From Gemmatimonadota bacterium (GTDB lineage Bacteria > Gemmatimonadota > Gemmatimonadetes > Gemmatimonadales > GWC2-71-9): a DNA stretch of 64,000 nucleotides. Of this stretch, positions 29,583 to 39,100 are shown one piece after another; position 1 is the first letter of the stretch, and every line of letters starts with the position of its first letter. A program made the translations under genes and the position numbers. The notes beneath the pieces were generated by a model that searched no databases, was not told the DNA's origin, and saw only the letters and a list, made by a program, of their open reading frames with translations. The DNA is taken from NCBI GenBank assembly GCA_046726475.1, contig JBKPAO010000123.1, positions 18,133 through 82,132 of the forward strand. The letters are read 5' to 3'.

Positions 29583-30829
29583 GAGACTCCCCCCTGGCCC
29601 TGTGACACCATCGTCCACAACACCACCGCCGCCACCATCCCACCCGCGGACACCCAAAGCGCACCCGGTCCGCCGGTCGATTGGTAGAGCGCGCCGAAGA
29701 TCAGCCCGGCCGGGAGCGCCGCCGCTCCGGTCAGCGCGTGGTATACACCAAATCCCCGGCCGGTGCGAACCGGTGCCAGGTGAGCCACCATCGCCCGCTC
29801 TCCTGATTCCGTGAGTCCGGCCACCAGTCCGAGGAGCAGAAACAGGGCGATGGCGGTCCCTGGTCCGACCGCACGGCCCAGACCATAAGCAACCAACGCG
29901 AATACTAGCCCTCCCGCAGCAACGACCTGACGCGGACCCAGCCGATCGGAAAGCCAGCCACCGGGATAGGAGGTCGCGCTTCGGACCACATGCAGGCCCG
30001 CCCAGATCAGCGGCACCAGTGCAACGGCAACTCCACGATCCTGCAGCCTGAGGATGAGAAGCGTCTCCGGCAGCCGGAAGAAGGCGAGTGCCGTAAGCGC
30101 GATAATGGGTGCCCAGAATGCCGCCCGTCTAGAGTCTAGGGTCGAGGGTCGAGGGGCTCTGTTGTGCAACTCCTTATCGGTGGCCCTCGGCACAGCTTCG
30201 ACTTTTGACTTTTGACTCTTGACTCTTAGCACGACCACCAGCACCACGAAGGCGACCAACCCTGGAATCACGCTCCAACCGATCACCTTCCTCACGTCGG
30301 CGCCTTCACGTAGAAGCCACCAGGCAGCCAACGATCCGACCACTGCACCGAAGTGGTCGGCCCCGCGATGAAAGCCGAATGCCCGTCCCCTCGCCTCTGG
30401 AGGGGTGACTTCAGCGATCAGCGCATCGCGGGGAGGAGTACGGAGACCCTTTCCCACTCGATCGATTACCCGGAAACCGACCACCTGCCAGGCCGCGTTG
30501 GCGACGGCTATCAGGGGCCGGACCAGGATGGCAGTGGCATAACCGCCCAGGATCAGTGGTCGACGCCAGCCCGGCCGGTCCGCGAGCCTTCCGCTGAGCC
30601 ACTTGAGCACTGACGAGGTCAGCTCCGAGGCGCCGTCCAGAGCCCCCAGAAGGAGCGCCCCCCCACCCAGGGTTCGGGTGACATATGCCGGGAGGAGAGG
30701 ATAGACCATCTCGCTGGCGAAGTCGTTGAAAAGCGAGACCAGTGACAGGCCCTTGACTGTCGGAGGAACCCCGGCTGCCGCTTCCGGGGCGCGAGTCGAG
30801 GTCGCGGGAGGGTTCTTAACTTGGGACAT
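29579..30829 (-). CDS. MFS transporter
   Basis: 6+6 TM layout, with a D-R-x-G-R-R-like loop (LADRPGWRRP) and a second-half motif (WLSDRLGPR). The central loop is encoded by heptamer arrays (see findings). Confidence 0.85.
   Translation of the reverse strand: MSQVKNPPATSTRAPEAAAGVPPTVKGLSLVSLFNDFASEMVYPLLPAYVTRTLGGGALLLGALDGASELTSSVLKWLSGRLADRPGWRRPLILGGYATAILVRPLIAVANAAWQVVGFRVIDRVGKGLRTPPRDALIAEVTPPEARGRAFGFHRGADHFGAVVGSLAAWWLLREGADVRKVIGWSVIPGLVAFVVLVVVLRVKSQKSKVEAVPRATDKELHNRAPRPSTLDSRRAAFWAPIIALTALAFFRLPETLLILRLQDRGVAVALVPLIWAGLHVVRSATSYPGGWLSDRLGPRQVVAAGGLVFALVAYGLGRAVGPGTAIALFLLLGLVAGLTESGERAMVAHLAPVRTGRGFGVYHALTGAAALPAGLIFGALYQSTGGPGALWVSAGGMVAAVVLWTMVSQGQGGVS
30127..30227. repeat. 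Two tandem heptamer arrays (GTCTAGA/GTCGAGG x4 and GACTYTT x4) inside the MFS ORF
   Basis: 30127-30154 is GTCTAGA GTCTAGG GTCGAGG GTCGAGG. 30200-30227 is GACTTTT GACTTTT GACTCTT GACTCTT. The spacer is 45 nt. Confidence 0.9.
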
Positions 30830-30909
30830 GGGCTGAATGTAGCTCTACCCCGTCGATCCGGTGTGCCGGGGCGCACGACCCCGTTTCCGTCGAGGTATAT
30901 CTTTGCCCC

Positions 30910-31941
30910 ATGCATGCCGAGCCGGCCCGTTTCCACGAATCCAATCTCTGGTCAACGCCCATTCGGGACCTGGGGCTGACCCTCGAGGGAACCCGGCTGG
31001 AGCCGATTCTGGCCGAATTCATGGAGGAGGTGCGGCAGGTCGGGATCACCAGAGTGCGCCCCCGATTCTATCTCTCTACCGAATGGGGCGTTCCCTTCGA
31101 AACTATCGCGATCGCGATCCCCTTCTACCTAGCTCGCCCAGACCTTACCGCACTGCACGCCGAGCGGGTTGGGCATGTGGAGGGGTTCGATCGGGCAGAT
31201 ATCCTGAGGTATCTGCGGCATGAGATGGGGCATGTCGTCAACTACGCTTACCGGCTGTACGACCAGGAGGAGTGGGTCAAACAGTTCGGCTCCATCACCC
31301 AGCCCTATTCCGAGGAGTATCGACCCGAGCCGTTCAGCCGTCGCTATGTCCGGCACCTCCCGGGGTGGTACGCTCAGAAGCATCCGGACGAAGACTGGTC
31401 CGAGACATTTGCCGTGTGGATGACGCCGGGACTCGACTGGCGGGCGGAATACGGCGGCTGGCCGATTGCTCACACAAAGCTTACATACTGCAGCCGAATC
31501 ATGGCCGCGTTGCGAGACCGGGACCCCGAGGTCACGAACAGCGAGCTCGATGAGGACGTCGGCGAGATCGAATATTCGTTGGATCAATACTACGGGAGAG
31601 CGGCGGACTCATCGGGCGAGCTCCCACCGGGCCTCGACGGCGCCCTTCGAGCGATCTTCGACGACCTCGGCGGGACCGAAGGAGCCCAGCGCAACGAGCC
31701 GCTCCGGCCGGCGGCCGCGCTGATCCGACGGCTCGAGCCGGAGCTCATGGCCAACATTTTTCGGTGGACGGGACATTTCCCCGAGCGGACCCGGGTGCTT
31801 TTGCGCTATCTGGCCGAACGGGCAGCGCAGCTGGGGCAAGGCTATCCCCCTAACCGAGAAGATTCGGCGATCATGGCGCTGACGACCTTGGTGACGGGGC
31901 TGGCGATGAATCACGTGCAGCGGGGAAGCTATTTGCCGTAA
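30910..31941 (+). CDS. Putative zinc metallopeptidase (Peptidase_Mx-like)
   Basis: HEMGH zinc motif in the context LRYLRHEMGHVVNYAY, plus the conserved N-terminus (...L.L.LEGT.LE..I..F..E....GI....P.FYLS.EWGVP). Family assignment is from memory (PF15887-like). Confidence 0.65.
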   Translation: MHAEPARFHESNLWSTPIRDLGLTLEGTRLEPILAEFMEEVRQVGITRVRPRFYLSTEWGVPFETIAIAIPFYLARPDLTALHAERVGHVEGFDRADILRYLRHEMGHVVNYAYRLYDQEEWVKQFGSITQPYSEEYRPEPFSRRYVRHLPGWYAQKHPDEDWSETFAVWMTPGLDWRAEYGGWPIAHTKLTYCSRIMAALRDRDPEVTNSELDEDVGEIEYSLDQYYGRAADSSGELPPGLDGALRAIFDDLGGTEGAQRNEPLRPAAALIRRLEPELMANIFRWTGHFPERTRVLLRYLAERAAQLGQGYPPNREDSAIMALTTLVTGLAMNHVQRGSYLP

Positions 31942-31965
31942 GGAAGGTGGAGCAGGCGGAGAGGC

Positions 31966-32946
31966 TTATTTCTTATATCGCTCCAGGGCCAGCTCGATGA
32001 TTCGTTCGATAAGCTTGGGATACTCAATTCCGGCGGCCGCCGCCGACATGGCGAACTCGCTGGAGCGCTCCAGGTAGCAACTGGCGTTGACCTCAAGCAC
32101 ATAGATATCGCCAGTGTCGGTTAGCCGGAGATCCACCCGCCCGTAATCCCTCACCCGCAGCGCCCGATAGGCGTCGACGGCAACCTTCTGCAGGCGAGCC
32201 CGCAGCTCGTCCGGCAGGTTGGCCAGAACCGACTTGGTCCCCTTGTACTCTTTGCTGCGCTCGTCCCACTTGGCCTTGCTGTCGAGCACCTTGGGAGCGC
32301 CCTCCGGAAAGCCGGTGAAATCTACCTCGACTGGCGGAAGCGCCTTGGGCTGCGAATTCCCCAGCACTCCCACGTAGAACTCGCGGCCCTCGATGTATTC
32401 CTCGGCCAGCGCGGAGTCGTTGAGCTCCTTCCGGATGGCGTTTACCCGCTCCATCAGCGCCACCGCATCGTGTACCAGCGACTTGCCCCCTATGCCGATC
32501 GAGGAGTCGGAGCGAAGCGGTTTGACGAACAGCGGCATCCGCAGATTTCCCCCGGTCTCGAACGCCTGCTGCCGGGAGAACACCGCGAAGCGGGGATACA
32601 GGATGTCCTCGAACGCGAGCAGCTTCTTAGTGAGTCCCTTGTCCTGGCTGAGATAGAGCTCGCCGGGCCCGCTGCCGGTGTACTTGAGACCGAGAAGATC
32701 CAGCAGTCCCGCCACCGGGATGTCGCCGAAGACGTTCTCGCTGAACATCTCCATCAGATTGAATACCAGGTCGGGGCGGCGGCGGGAAAGCCCGGCGATG
32801 AGCCGCTTGACGTCACCATGGACGCCAAGAATCGAGACTCGGTGGCCCAGACTCCGGAGCGCGCGCCCGACCTGGGGAACGACTGCCTCGTAGTCCTTGG
32901 AGTTTTCGTCTTCGCTGTCGAGGTAGGTCAGGACGGTGATTTTCAT
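31966..32946 (-). CDS. ATP-grasp ligase, D-alanine--D-alanine-ligase-like family
   Basis: MKITVLTYL...; ..DK..TK.LL......P.F.......; PLFVKP...DSS.GI; AEEYIEGREF.VG.LGN; RDYGRVD.RL...G..YVLEVN. ATG 32946 overlaps the DUF885 stop (ATGA). Confidence 0.85.
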   Translation of the reverse strand: MKITVLTYLDSEDENSKDYEAVVPQVGRALRSLGHRVSILGVHGDVKRLIAGLSRRRPDLVFNLMEMFSENVFGDIPVAGLLDLLGLKYTGSGPGELYLSQDKGLTKKLLAFEDILYPRFAVFSRQQAFETGGNLRMPLFVKPLRSDSSIGIGGKSLVHDAVALMERVNAIRKELNDSALAEEYIEGREFYVGVLGNSQPKALPPVEVDFTGFPEGAPKVLDSKAKWDERSKEYKGTKSVLANLPDELRARLQKVAVDAYRALRVRDYGRVDLRLTDTGDIYVLEVNASCYLERSSEFAMSAAAAGIEYPKLIERIIELALERYKK

Positions 32947-34556
32947 GATGACTCCGCCAGATCCATCCCCCATCGCGCGAGAGCCACCGGCATCCCGCCG
33001 TAGCTCAGAAGGTCTTCGTGGAACCGCCTCAGGCTGGCATCGGGCCCCCGCCGCGAGAGGTACGCCTCGCGCAGGCTCAGGACCTCACGCCGTCCCACCG
33101 CGTAGCACAGTTGATACGTCGGCATGGCGCAGTATCGGCGGACCTCGGCCTCGGCGTTCCGGCGGTCGATGGGCAGATGCTCGACCAGGTAGTCGGTTGC
33201 TTCCGAAGGGCTCATGCCTCCGGTATGCAGGCCGACATCGAGCAGCACCCGGATCGCACGCCACAGCAGATTGACGAGCTGGAACAGTCGGGTTTGGTCG
33301 CTTTGATAATAGCCAACCTCAGCCATCATCTGCTCGCAGTAGAGCGCCCACCCCTCCACCATGATCGGACTCCAGATGTGACGGCGCACCTCAGATCCGA
33401 GTCCCTCCATCGTGAGAATGTGGAGATGGTGGCCGGGATAGACTTCGTGAGCGATCAGGACCTGGATTCCGTGGCGTGAGTGCCCCCGCCGCTGCTCGGC
33501 AAAGGCATCCGGCGGTAGCCTCGGATCCGGCGTGGTCACGTAGAACTTGCCGGTTCGCTCGGGCAGGTACACGGGAGGTGGCTCGTAAGCGGCGAAGGGA
33601 ATCAAGCTGGCCAAATACGCGGGAGTCGGAACGACCTCGACTGGGCCCTCCGGGATCTCGAACAGATCGTGTTCGGCGAGAAAGCGACCGGCGCGCCCGA
33701 CTTCCTCACCGTAGACGCCGAGCAGCTGCTCCGGCGTCGGTGAATCCTCCCGGAGCTCGTCTACCAGTTCGCGCCATGGCTTCGAGCTCAGCCGTTTCGC
33801 CAGGCTGCTGATCTGGCCGGTTACCTCTTCCTGGAGGCGCAATCCGTAGCGCCGGAGCTCCGTCGGGCTGGCCGCTAAGGCATGTTCGTGCTGCAGCCGC
33901 CGGATGAACTCTTTTTCGCCGATCGCAAAGGCCTGGGGATCGGGGTTCGGCTCGACCTCGTCACGCAAGGCTGCGCCGAACCCGACCAGTGCGCGGAGTG
34001 CCGCCTCACCCGCCTGCTGCAGCTGCTGGCCTAAACCCGGTGCGGCGCTGCCGAAGACTTTTACGACCTGCGTGATCAGCTCACCCCCCGCGCCCAGCAT
34101 TCCCAGAGCAGTGTCCGCGAACACGGATGCAGGGTAGTCAATGGTGGCACGCGCGGCGTCGAGGAAGACCGGAGCCGCTTCCAGACGCGAGACCACGGCG
34201 GATGCCCGGCTCGCTCGGTCGTCCTCGCTCCGTGTCAGCAGCGAGTACAAAGCTTGAAGGAGATGGGTCAGCCAGAGCGTTGGATTACGAACGTACGGCT
34301 GCTCGTGCTCCAGTCGATCCACTGTGCTGCGGATCTCTCCCAGCAATGCAGTGCGCTCGATCTCGCTCTGGACATCGGGCGGGTCCAGCTCTTCGATAGC
34401 ATTTGCCACCGAACGGAGCGCGGAGACGTGCGCTCGCGTGGTCTCCGCGTCGAAGCTTCCGAGTCTGCCGTCTTCGGCAACCAATCCTGCGGCGCTCGCC
34501 GCAGCGGGATCGAAATGATATTTGAGGTCCAGATACGATCGGCAGAGGTCGTCCAC
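32943..34556 (-). CDS. DUF885 family protein (metallopeptidase-like HExxPGHH)
   Basis: 537 aa with IAHEVYPGHHLH and the C-terminal EV.RY...P.YQL.Y..G, both typical of DUF885. Confidence 0.75.
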   Translation of the reverse strand: MDDLCRSYLDLKYHFDPAAASAAGLVAEDGRLGSFDAETTRAHVSALRSVANAIEELDPPDVQSEIERTALLGEIRSTVDRLEHEQPYVRNPTLWLTHLLQALYSLLTRSEDDRASRASAVVSRLEAAPVFLDAARATIDYPASVFADTALGMLGAGGELITQVVKVFGSAAPGLGQQLQQAGEAALRALVGFGAALRDEVEPNPDPQAFAIGEKEFIRRLQHEHALAASPTELRRYGLRLQEEVTGQISSLAKRLSSKPWRELVDELREDSPTPEQLLGVYGEEVGRAGRFLAEHDLFEIPEGPVEVVPTPAYLASLIPFAAYEPPPVYLPERTGKFYVTTPDPRLPPDAFAEQRRGHSRHGIQVLIAHEVYPGHHLHILTMEGLGSEVRRHIWSPIMVEGWALYCEQMMAEVGYYQSDQTRLFQLVNLLWRAIRVLLDVGLHTGGMSPSEATDYLVEHLPIDRRNAEAEVRRYCAMPTYQLCYAVGRREVLSLREAYLSRRGPDASLRRFHEDLLSYGGMPVALARWGMDLAESS

Positions 34557-34588
34557 CGATGTCGCGGAGGTCTGAGACGGGGAGTGGC

Positions 34589-35599
34589 TCAGAGCTCACC
34601 CCGTTTACCGTCAGGAGCAAACCCATCGACTGTCAACTCAGAGTTATCTGCCAGGCTGGCGCTCCCCCGGAATCCGTCCAGTACGACGCTGTTGCCGAGT
34701 AACGATTCATTCAGCGCGACTCGGTTCAGCTTAGTGTCGCGACCAATGATCGAGTTGCGGATACGACTCTCCGTCACCCGAGTCCCCTGCTCCAGCGATA
34801 CGTTGGGGCCGATCTCACTCCGCTCGATAGTCACTCCATCCTCGATGTACACCGGATCGTGGATGGTAACGCCGGGAAAGTCCCGCCGGCGCGCTGCGCC
34901 CTTCCGCAGAAGAATCTCGTTGGTCTGCAGCAAGGTGTCGAGCTTGCCGCAGTCGTACCAGCCACCTACCTCTGCTGTCAAGATGCGCTTGCCGTGATCG
35001 ATCATCCACTGGAACGCGTCGGTCAGGTACCACTCTCCCTTGTTCGCCGGGCTGGCGAGCACGTGATCGATGCCCTTCCACAGACTGTCGACCGCGCGAA
35101 TGTAGTACAGGCCGATATTGGCGAGCTTCGAGATGGGCGTCGAAGGCTTCTCGACGATCCGCGTCATGTATCCCTGCGCGTCGGTGACGACGACTCCGAA
35201 ACGCTGATAGTCCTCCACCTCCTTGGCCCAGATAATCCCGTCAGCGTCGGTCCGGTTGATGAGAGTGAGGTCCGCCTCGAATACCGTGTCTACAAAGATG
35301 ATCAACACCGGCTCCTTCACGTAGGGGCGCGCGAGGTTGATCGCGCCGGCGGTGCCGTCCTGCACTTTCTGCTCGATAAAGCGAGACGGGATTCGATAGT
35401 GGGCTCGGGTAAACTCTTCGACCTGCTCCTTCAGATGACCGGTGATGAAGATCAGCTCGGTCACGTCGAGCCCTTTCAGCCGGTCCATCACCCAATCCAT
35501 CACCGGGCGACCTGCCACCTTCAGTAGCGGCTTGGGAACCAGGTGGGTATGCGGCCTCAGCCGGGTGCCTTTCCCGGCCAGCGGAATGATTACTTGCAT
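34589..35599 (-). CDS. Sugar-phosphate nucleotidyltransferase with a C-terminal left-handed beta-helix
   Basis: IIPLAGKGTRLRP.T...PKPLL.VAG.P......DRL is an NTP-transferase motif. The C-terminal part has hexapeptide-like repeats. Confidence 0.8.
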   Translation of the reverse strand: MQVIIPLAGKGTRLRPHTHLVPKPLLKVAGRPVMDWVMDRLKGLDVTELIFITGHLKEQVEEFTRAHYRIPSRFIEQKVQDGTAGAINLARPYVKEPVLIIFVDTVFEADLTLINRTDADGIIWAKEVEDYQRFGVVVTDAQGYMTRIVEKPSTPISKLANIGLYYIRAVDSLWKGIDHVLASPANKGEWYLTDAFQWMIDHGKRILTAEVGGWYDCGKLDTLLQTNEILLRKGAARRRDFPGVTIHDPVYIEDGVTIERSEIGPNVSLEQGTRVTESRIRNSIIGRDTKLNRVALNESLLGNSVVLDGFRGSASLADNSELTVDGFAPDGKRGEL

Positions 35600-35600
35600 C

Positions 35601-35951
35601 TCATCCTCTTCCGTAGCGGTCCTGGAGACGCACCAAATCGTCCAACTCAGGAGTACTGGCCTCGAGTACGTCGCTATCCGCCACCGCCTCGATCTGATGA
35701 ATCATCTTGGGGGGAATGTGCACCGTCTCGCCTGCCTTGAACGAGCGCGTTGTCTGGGTGTCGCCGCTTCCAGTTCGAAGGATGAGCTCGCCCGCGAGCA
35801 CGTGCATCGTTTCGTCCTTGAAGTTGTGATACTGGAGGCTGAGCACATGGCCGGCCTTCACGTGGAGAATCTTCCCCACATAGCGATCGGTGCGGGCCCA
35901 GATCAGCTCATAGCCCCATGGCTTGTCTACTCGATATGGCACGTCGGGCAC
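35601..35951 (-). CDS. Cupin domain protein (mannose-6-phosphate-isomerase type II C-terminal-like)
   Basis: KPWGYE.IWA......GKILHVKAG..LSLQYH..K.ET..VL.GE. The stop lies 1 nt from the downstream nucleotidyltransferase start. Confidence 0.75.
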   Translation of the reverse strand: MPDVPYRVDKPWGYELIWARTDRYVGKILHVKAGHVLSLQYHNFKDETMHVLAGELILRTGSGDTQTTRSFKAGETVHIPPKMIHQIEAVADSDVLEASTPELDDLVRLQDRYGRG

Positions 35952-35991
35952 TCAGTCTCCTGCGTCGGAGGTTTATCCTCGGCGGGAATAT

Positions 35992-36113
35992 GGCGGGGAA
36001 GCGGGGAAGCGGGAAGCAAGACACTCATATCGTGGTGCGGAATGACAGGCGAGTCGCGTCGCTTCCGTACCGAAGCGCTCGAGTCCTCGTCTAGTTCCGC
36101 ACTTCCCCGCTTC
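35992..36113. repeat. GGGGAAGC arrays in inverted orientation (degenerate right arm)
   Basis: Left arm 35992-36020 is GGCGGGGAAGCGGGGAAGCGGGAAGCAAG. Right arm 36100-36113 is CACTTCCCCGCTTC. There is an internal GCTTCCGTACCGAAGC hairpin. The right arm abuts the TAG of the M1 peptidase gene. Confidence 0.75.
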
Positions 36114-39100
36114 TAAAACTCCGGCTCGAAACTGAACACCCACCGGAACTCGAACTTGTCATCACCGGGAGCCTGGTCCCGAGCCAGCTCGGGGCGACTG
36201 ATGTATAGTGGGAAATCGATTCGGGTCATGAATTCGGTGTCGCCGATGCGGTGCTCGGCGCGAAGGCCGAAACCGACATCGCCGAGGAACCGCACAGGGC
36301 CATCGGGGGGGGCCTGGCTCATTCCACCAATGCCGTGCGAGAGATCGGTAAAGAGTGCGGCACTCACCCGCCTGAACAGATGAGCGGACGGTTGGGTGAG
36401 GAGAGTGTGCTCCAGCTCGAGGTTGAAAGCGACGATCGCCGCGGTGGAAAGATGGGGATCAACCCCGCGAACCCCGGCGCCCCCCGGGGCCTGGTAATTG
36501 AAGTCGTCGCCGACCAGCAGGGCGCCGCGGGAGCGAAGGAATGGATTGTATAACTGGTCCAATGGGTCGGAGCCTTGAAAGTAGACCTGCCTTTGTTTAG
36601 CCGCGTCCTGGCTCCCTACCCCAGCGCCCAGGTATGCCCGAGCGCCGAACCCGAGCCCATGGCCTAGATCGCGGCGGCCGGTTGCCTCGATAAACCCGCG
36701 AAAGTAGAACGGGCTCAGGTCGGGCCGGCCGCTGGCGGCGAGGCCCTGCCGATTGTAGGCCAGCCCAGCGCCGAGCGAGCTCCGGGCGCTGAGCTGCCAT
36801 TTGCCGCTTTGGTTGGTCACGCCGTTCCCCAGTTGCAGCTCGACGATGCCAACATCGTCGTAGAAGCCGGGATCCAGGTAGCGAAGGTCGTCGGTGGCGA
36901 CCCACAAGAGACTCACCCGGCGAGTGCGTTCCGGCCCGAAGCTCAGATGGTCACGTCGCGACCATTCGATCGTCGCAGCGGCCCCATAGCGACCCTCAAT
37001 CTTGAAGGCATCGAACGTCTGGGAGAGGTTGGGCGCTCGAAGGAAGACCGGATTGCGGGCGCGGAGAAAGAAGTCGGTATCCTTGACATCGTCGTCCGCG
37101 CCCCAGCCGGTACTCCGACTGAGGAGTGCCTGGTTCTCCTCGAAGCGTCCCAGATAATCGCTCCGACTCCGTATTCCGATGGTGACCCCCCCGGCATCGT
37201 TGTACCACACAGTCGGCTGCAGGCCGACGGTCAGCTGGTCGCGCCGGGAACGGGTAGAGAAGTACGGATGGAAGTAGAAGTCGGTGCCCGGAGGAGAAAG
37301 CAGTCTGCTCGGCGACCAACCCAGCCGCTTCCGGTTGTTGAGCACGTTCCAATCATGGGTTCGAAGCCGCGGGTCCAGCACCACTTCCATCGGTTTGCTC
37401 TCGGTGACCAACTCGACCCACTCGCGCTCCGCCGAACCGTCCGCGCGTACAAGCGCGGTGTCTCGGGCGGCGACCACAGCGACTTCCACCGGGATCCGCC
37501 CTTCCGCCTTCCGCACAACCTCGACTCGGGTCGTCCAACCCTGCCCCGCTCTTCCGCTGTCCCGCTGCTCCGCCGCACTATCCACCTTCTCCGTCCGCAC
37601 TCTCCCCACCGCGTAGTCATATAGCATCGTCGAATGCAGCCACTGGGCGAAGAAGGTGCCCAGTTCCCGGTGGGACACCTCCTCGGCGACCTCCCGAAAT
37701 GCCGCCTCATCCACGTGCTTCAGCTTCCAACGCTGGTAGAACGTCTGGAGAATCCGATACATCGTGCCGGAGCCGACGATGTAACGGAGCTGCATAAAGA
37801 ACAGCTCGCCCCGGGTGTAAATCGCCGTGTTATACGAGTTGAAGTCGCGATAGGCTTCGCCGCGCAGGCTGGGAGGCTCGGAGTAGCCGTCGATGTCCAG
37901 CTGAAGAATTCCCGTTTCGATCGCTTGGTAGGCCGGGGGCCGTCCCATCACCTCCCAGAACCAGTCGGTCTGAAAACTGGTGAAGCCCTCGTCCAGCCAG
38001 CCCTCCTTCCACTCGTTGTTCGCCAGAATTCCCATGGTGTAATTGTGACCCAGCTCATGCACGATCAGCCCCTGATCGGCCGAACCGTTCATGATCATCA
38101 TGGGAAACTCGGTGCCGCCTCCCTCGATGCGATGGACATTGGTGATCTGCGGCCAGGCGAACGGCCCGAACAGCTGATCCAGCCAGGTGAGCGCCGTCTC
38201 GGTTCGTTGAACTGCGAACCCGTTGCCCCAGGTTACTTCGTCGCCCGGCTGATACAGTACGTGCACCGCCACGTTACCGAAGTGTCCGCCTTCGTAGCGG
38301 TACTGCGGGTTCAACGAGAGCGCGAAGTGGTGAACGTCTTCGGCATACCAGCGGATCCGCTTTCGCCCGGGGCCTGCGCCAGCGCAGTCGGAGACCGGGG
38401 TCCGCGCGCCATAAAAGTCTCGCTGGTACTCGACCTTCTTGGACTGATCCTGGTTTGCCCGTTCCCATCCGGGATCGCCACAGACCGGTACGCCGGTGGC
38501 GCCGATCACCTGGTCCTGCGGCACGTCGAGATCGACGAGGAACGAAGCGAACTCGCCGTAGAACTCTCCCGCCGGATATAGCGGGTGCTCCTCCCACCCG
38601 TAGCGGTCGTACACCACGACCTTGGGATACCACTGAGCGAAGTCGAACCGGCGTCCCTGCCGCCCTTGCCGCCGCGGTGTGGTGGAGGGCCGGGCATCCC
38701 AGGCGAGATCCGCCGAGATCGAGTCGCCGGGAGCCAGGGGATGGGGCAGGATAAAGCGCACGATCGTGCTGTCCGGCGCAAAGGGATAGATCGCCTGCAC
38801 CTGCGTCCCACCGATCCGGACCTGGCGCACGTGGTTGTAAGCGAAATCCGGATCCTTTAGGTCATTGAAGCGGCGGCGGCCCTCGACGGAGTCGGCATCG
38901 GCCCAGCGTGAGCCGGGCCGGAACGCATTGAGATAGAGATGGAGAGAGAAGGTCGTCAGCGTGTCGGGAGAGCGGTTGACGTAGTGAATCCTCTCGGTTC
39001 CGCTCAGCACCCCGCGGGACTCGTCCAGTCGCGCCGAGATCTCATACGCGACCTGCTGTTGCCAATAGCCGGTGGGATTGGAGCTGGTCTGCTGCACCAG

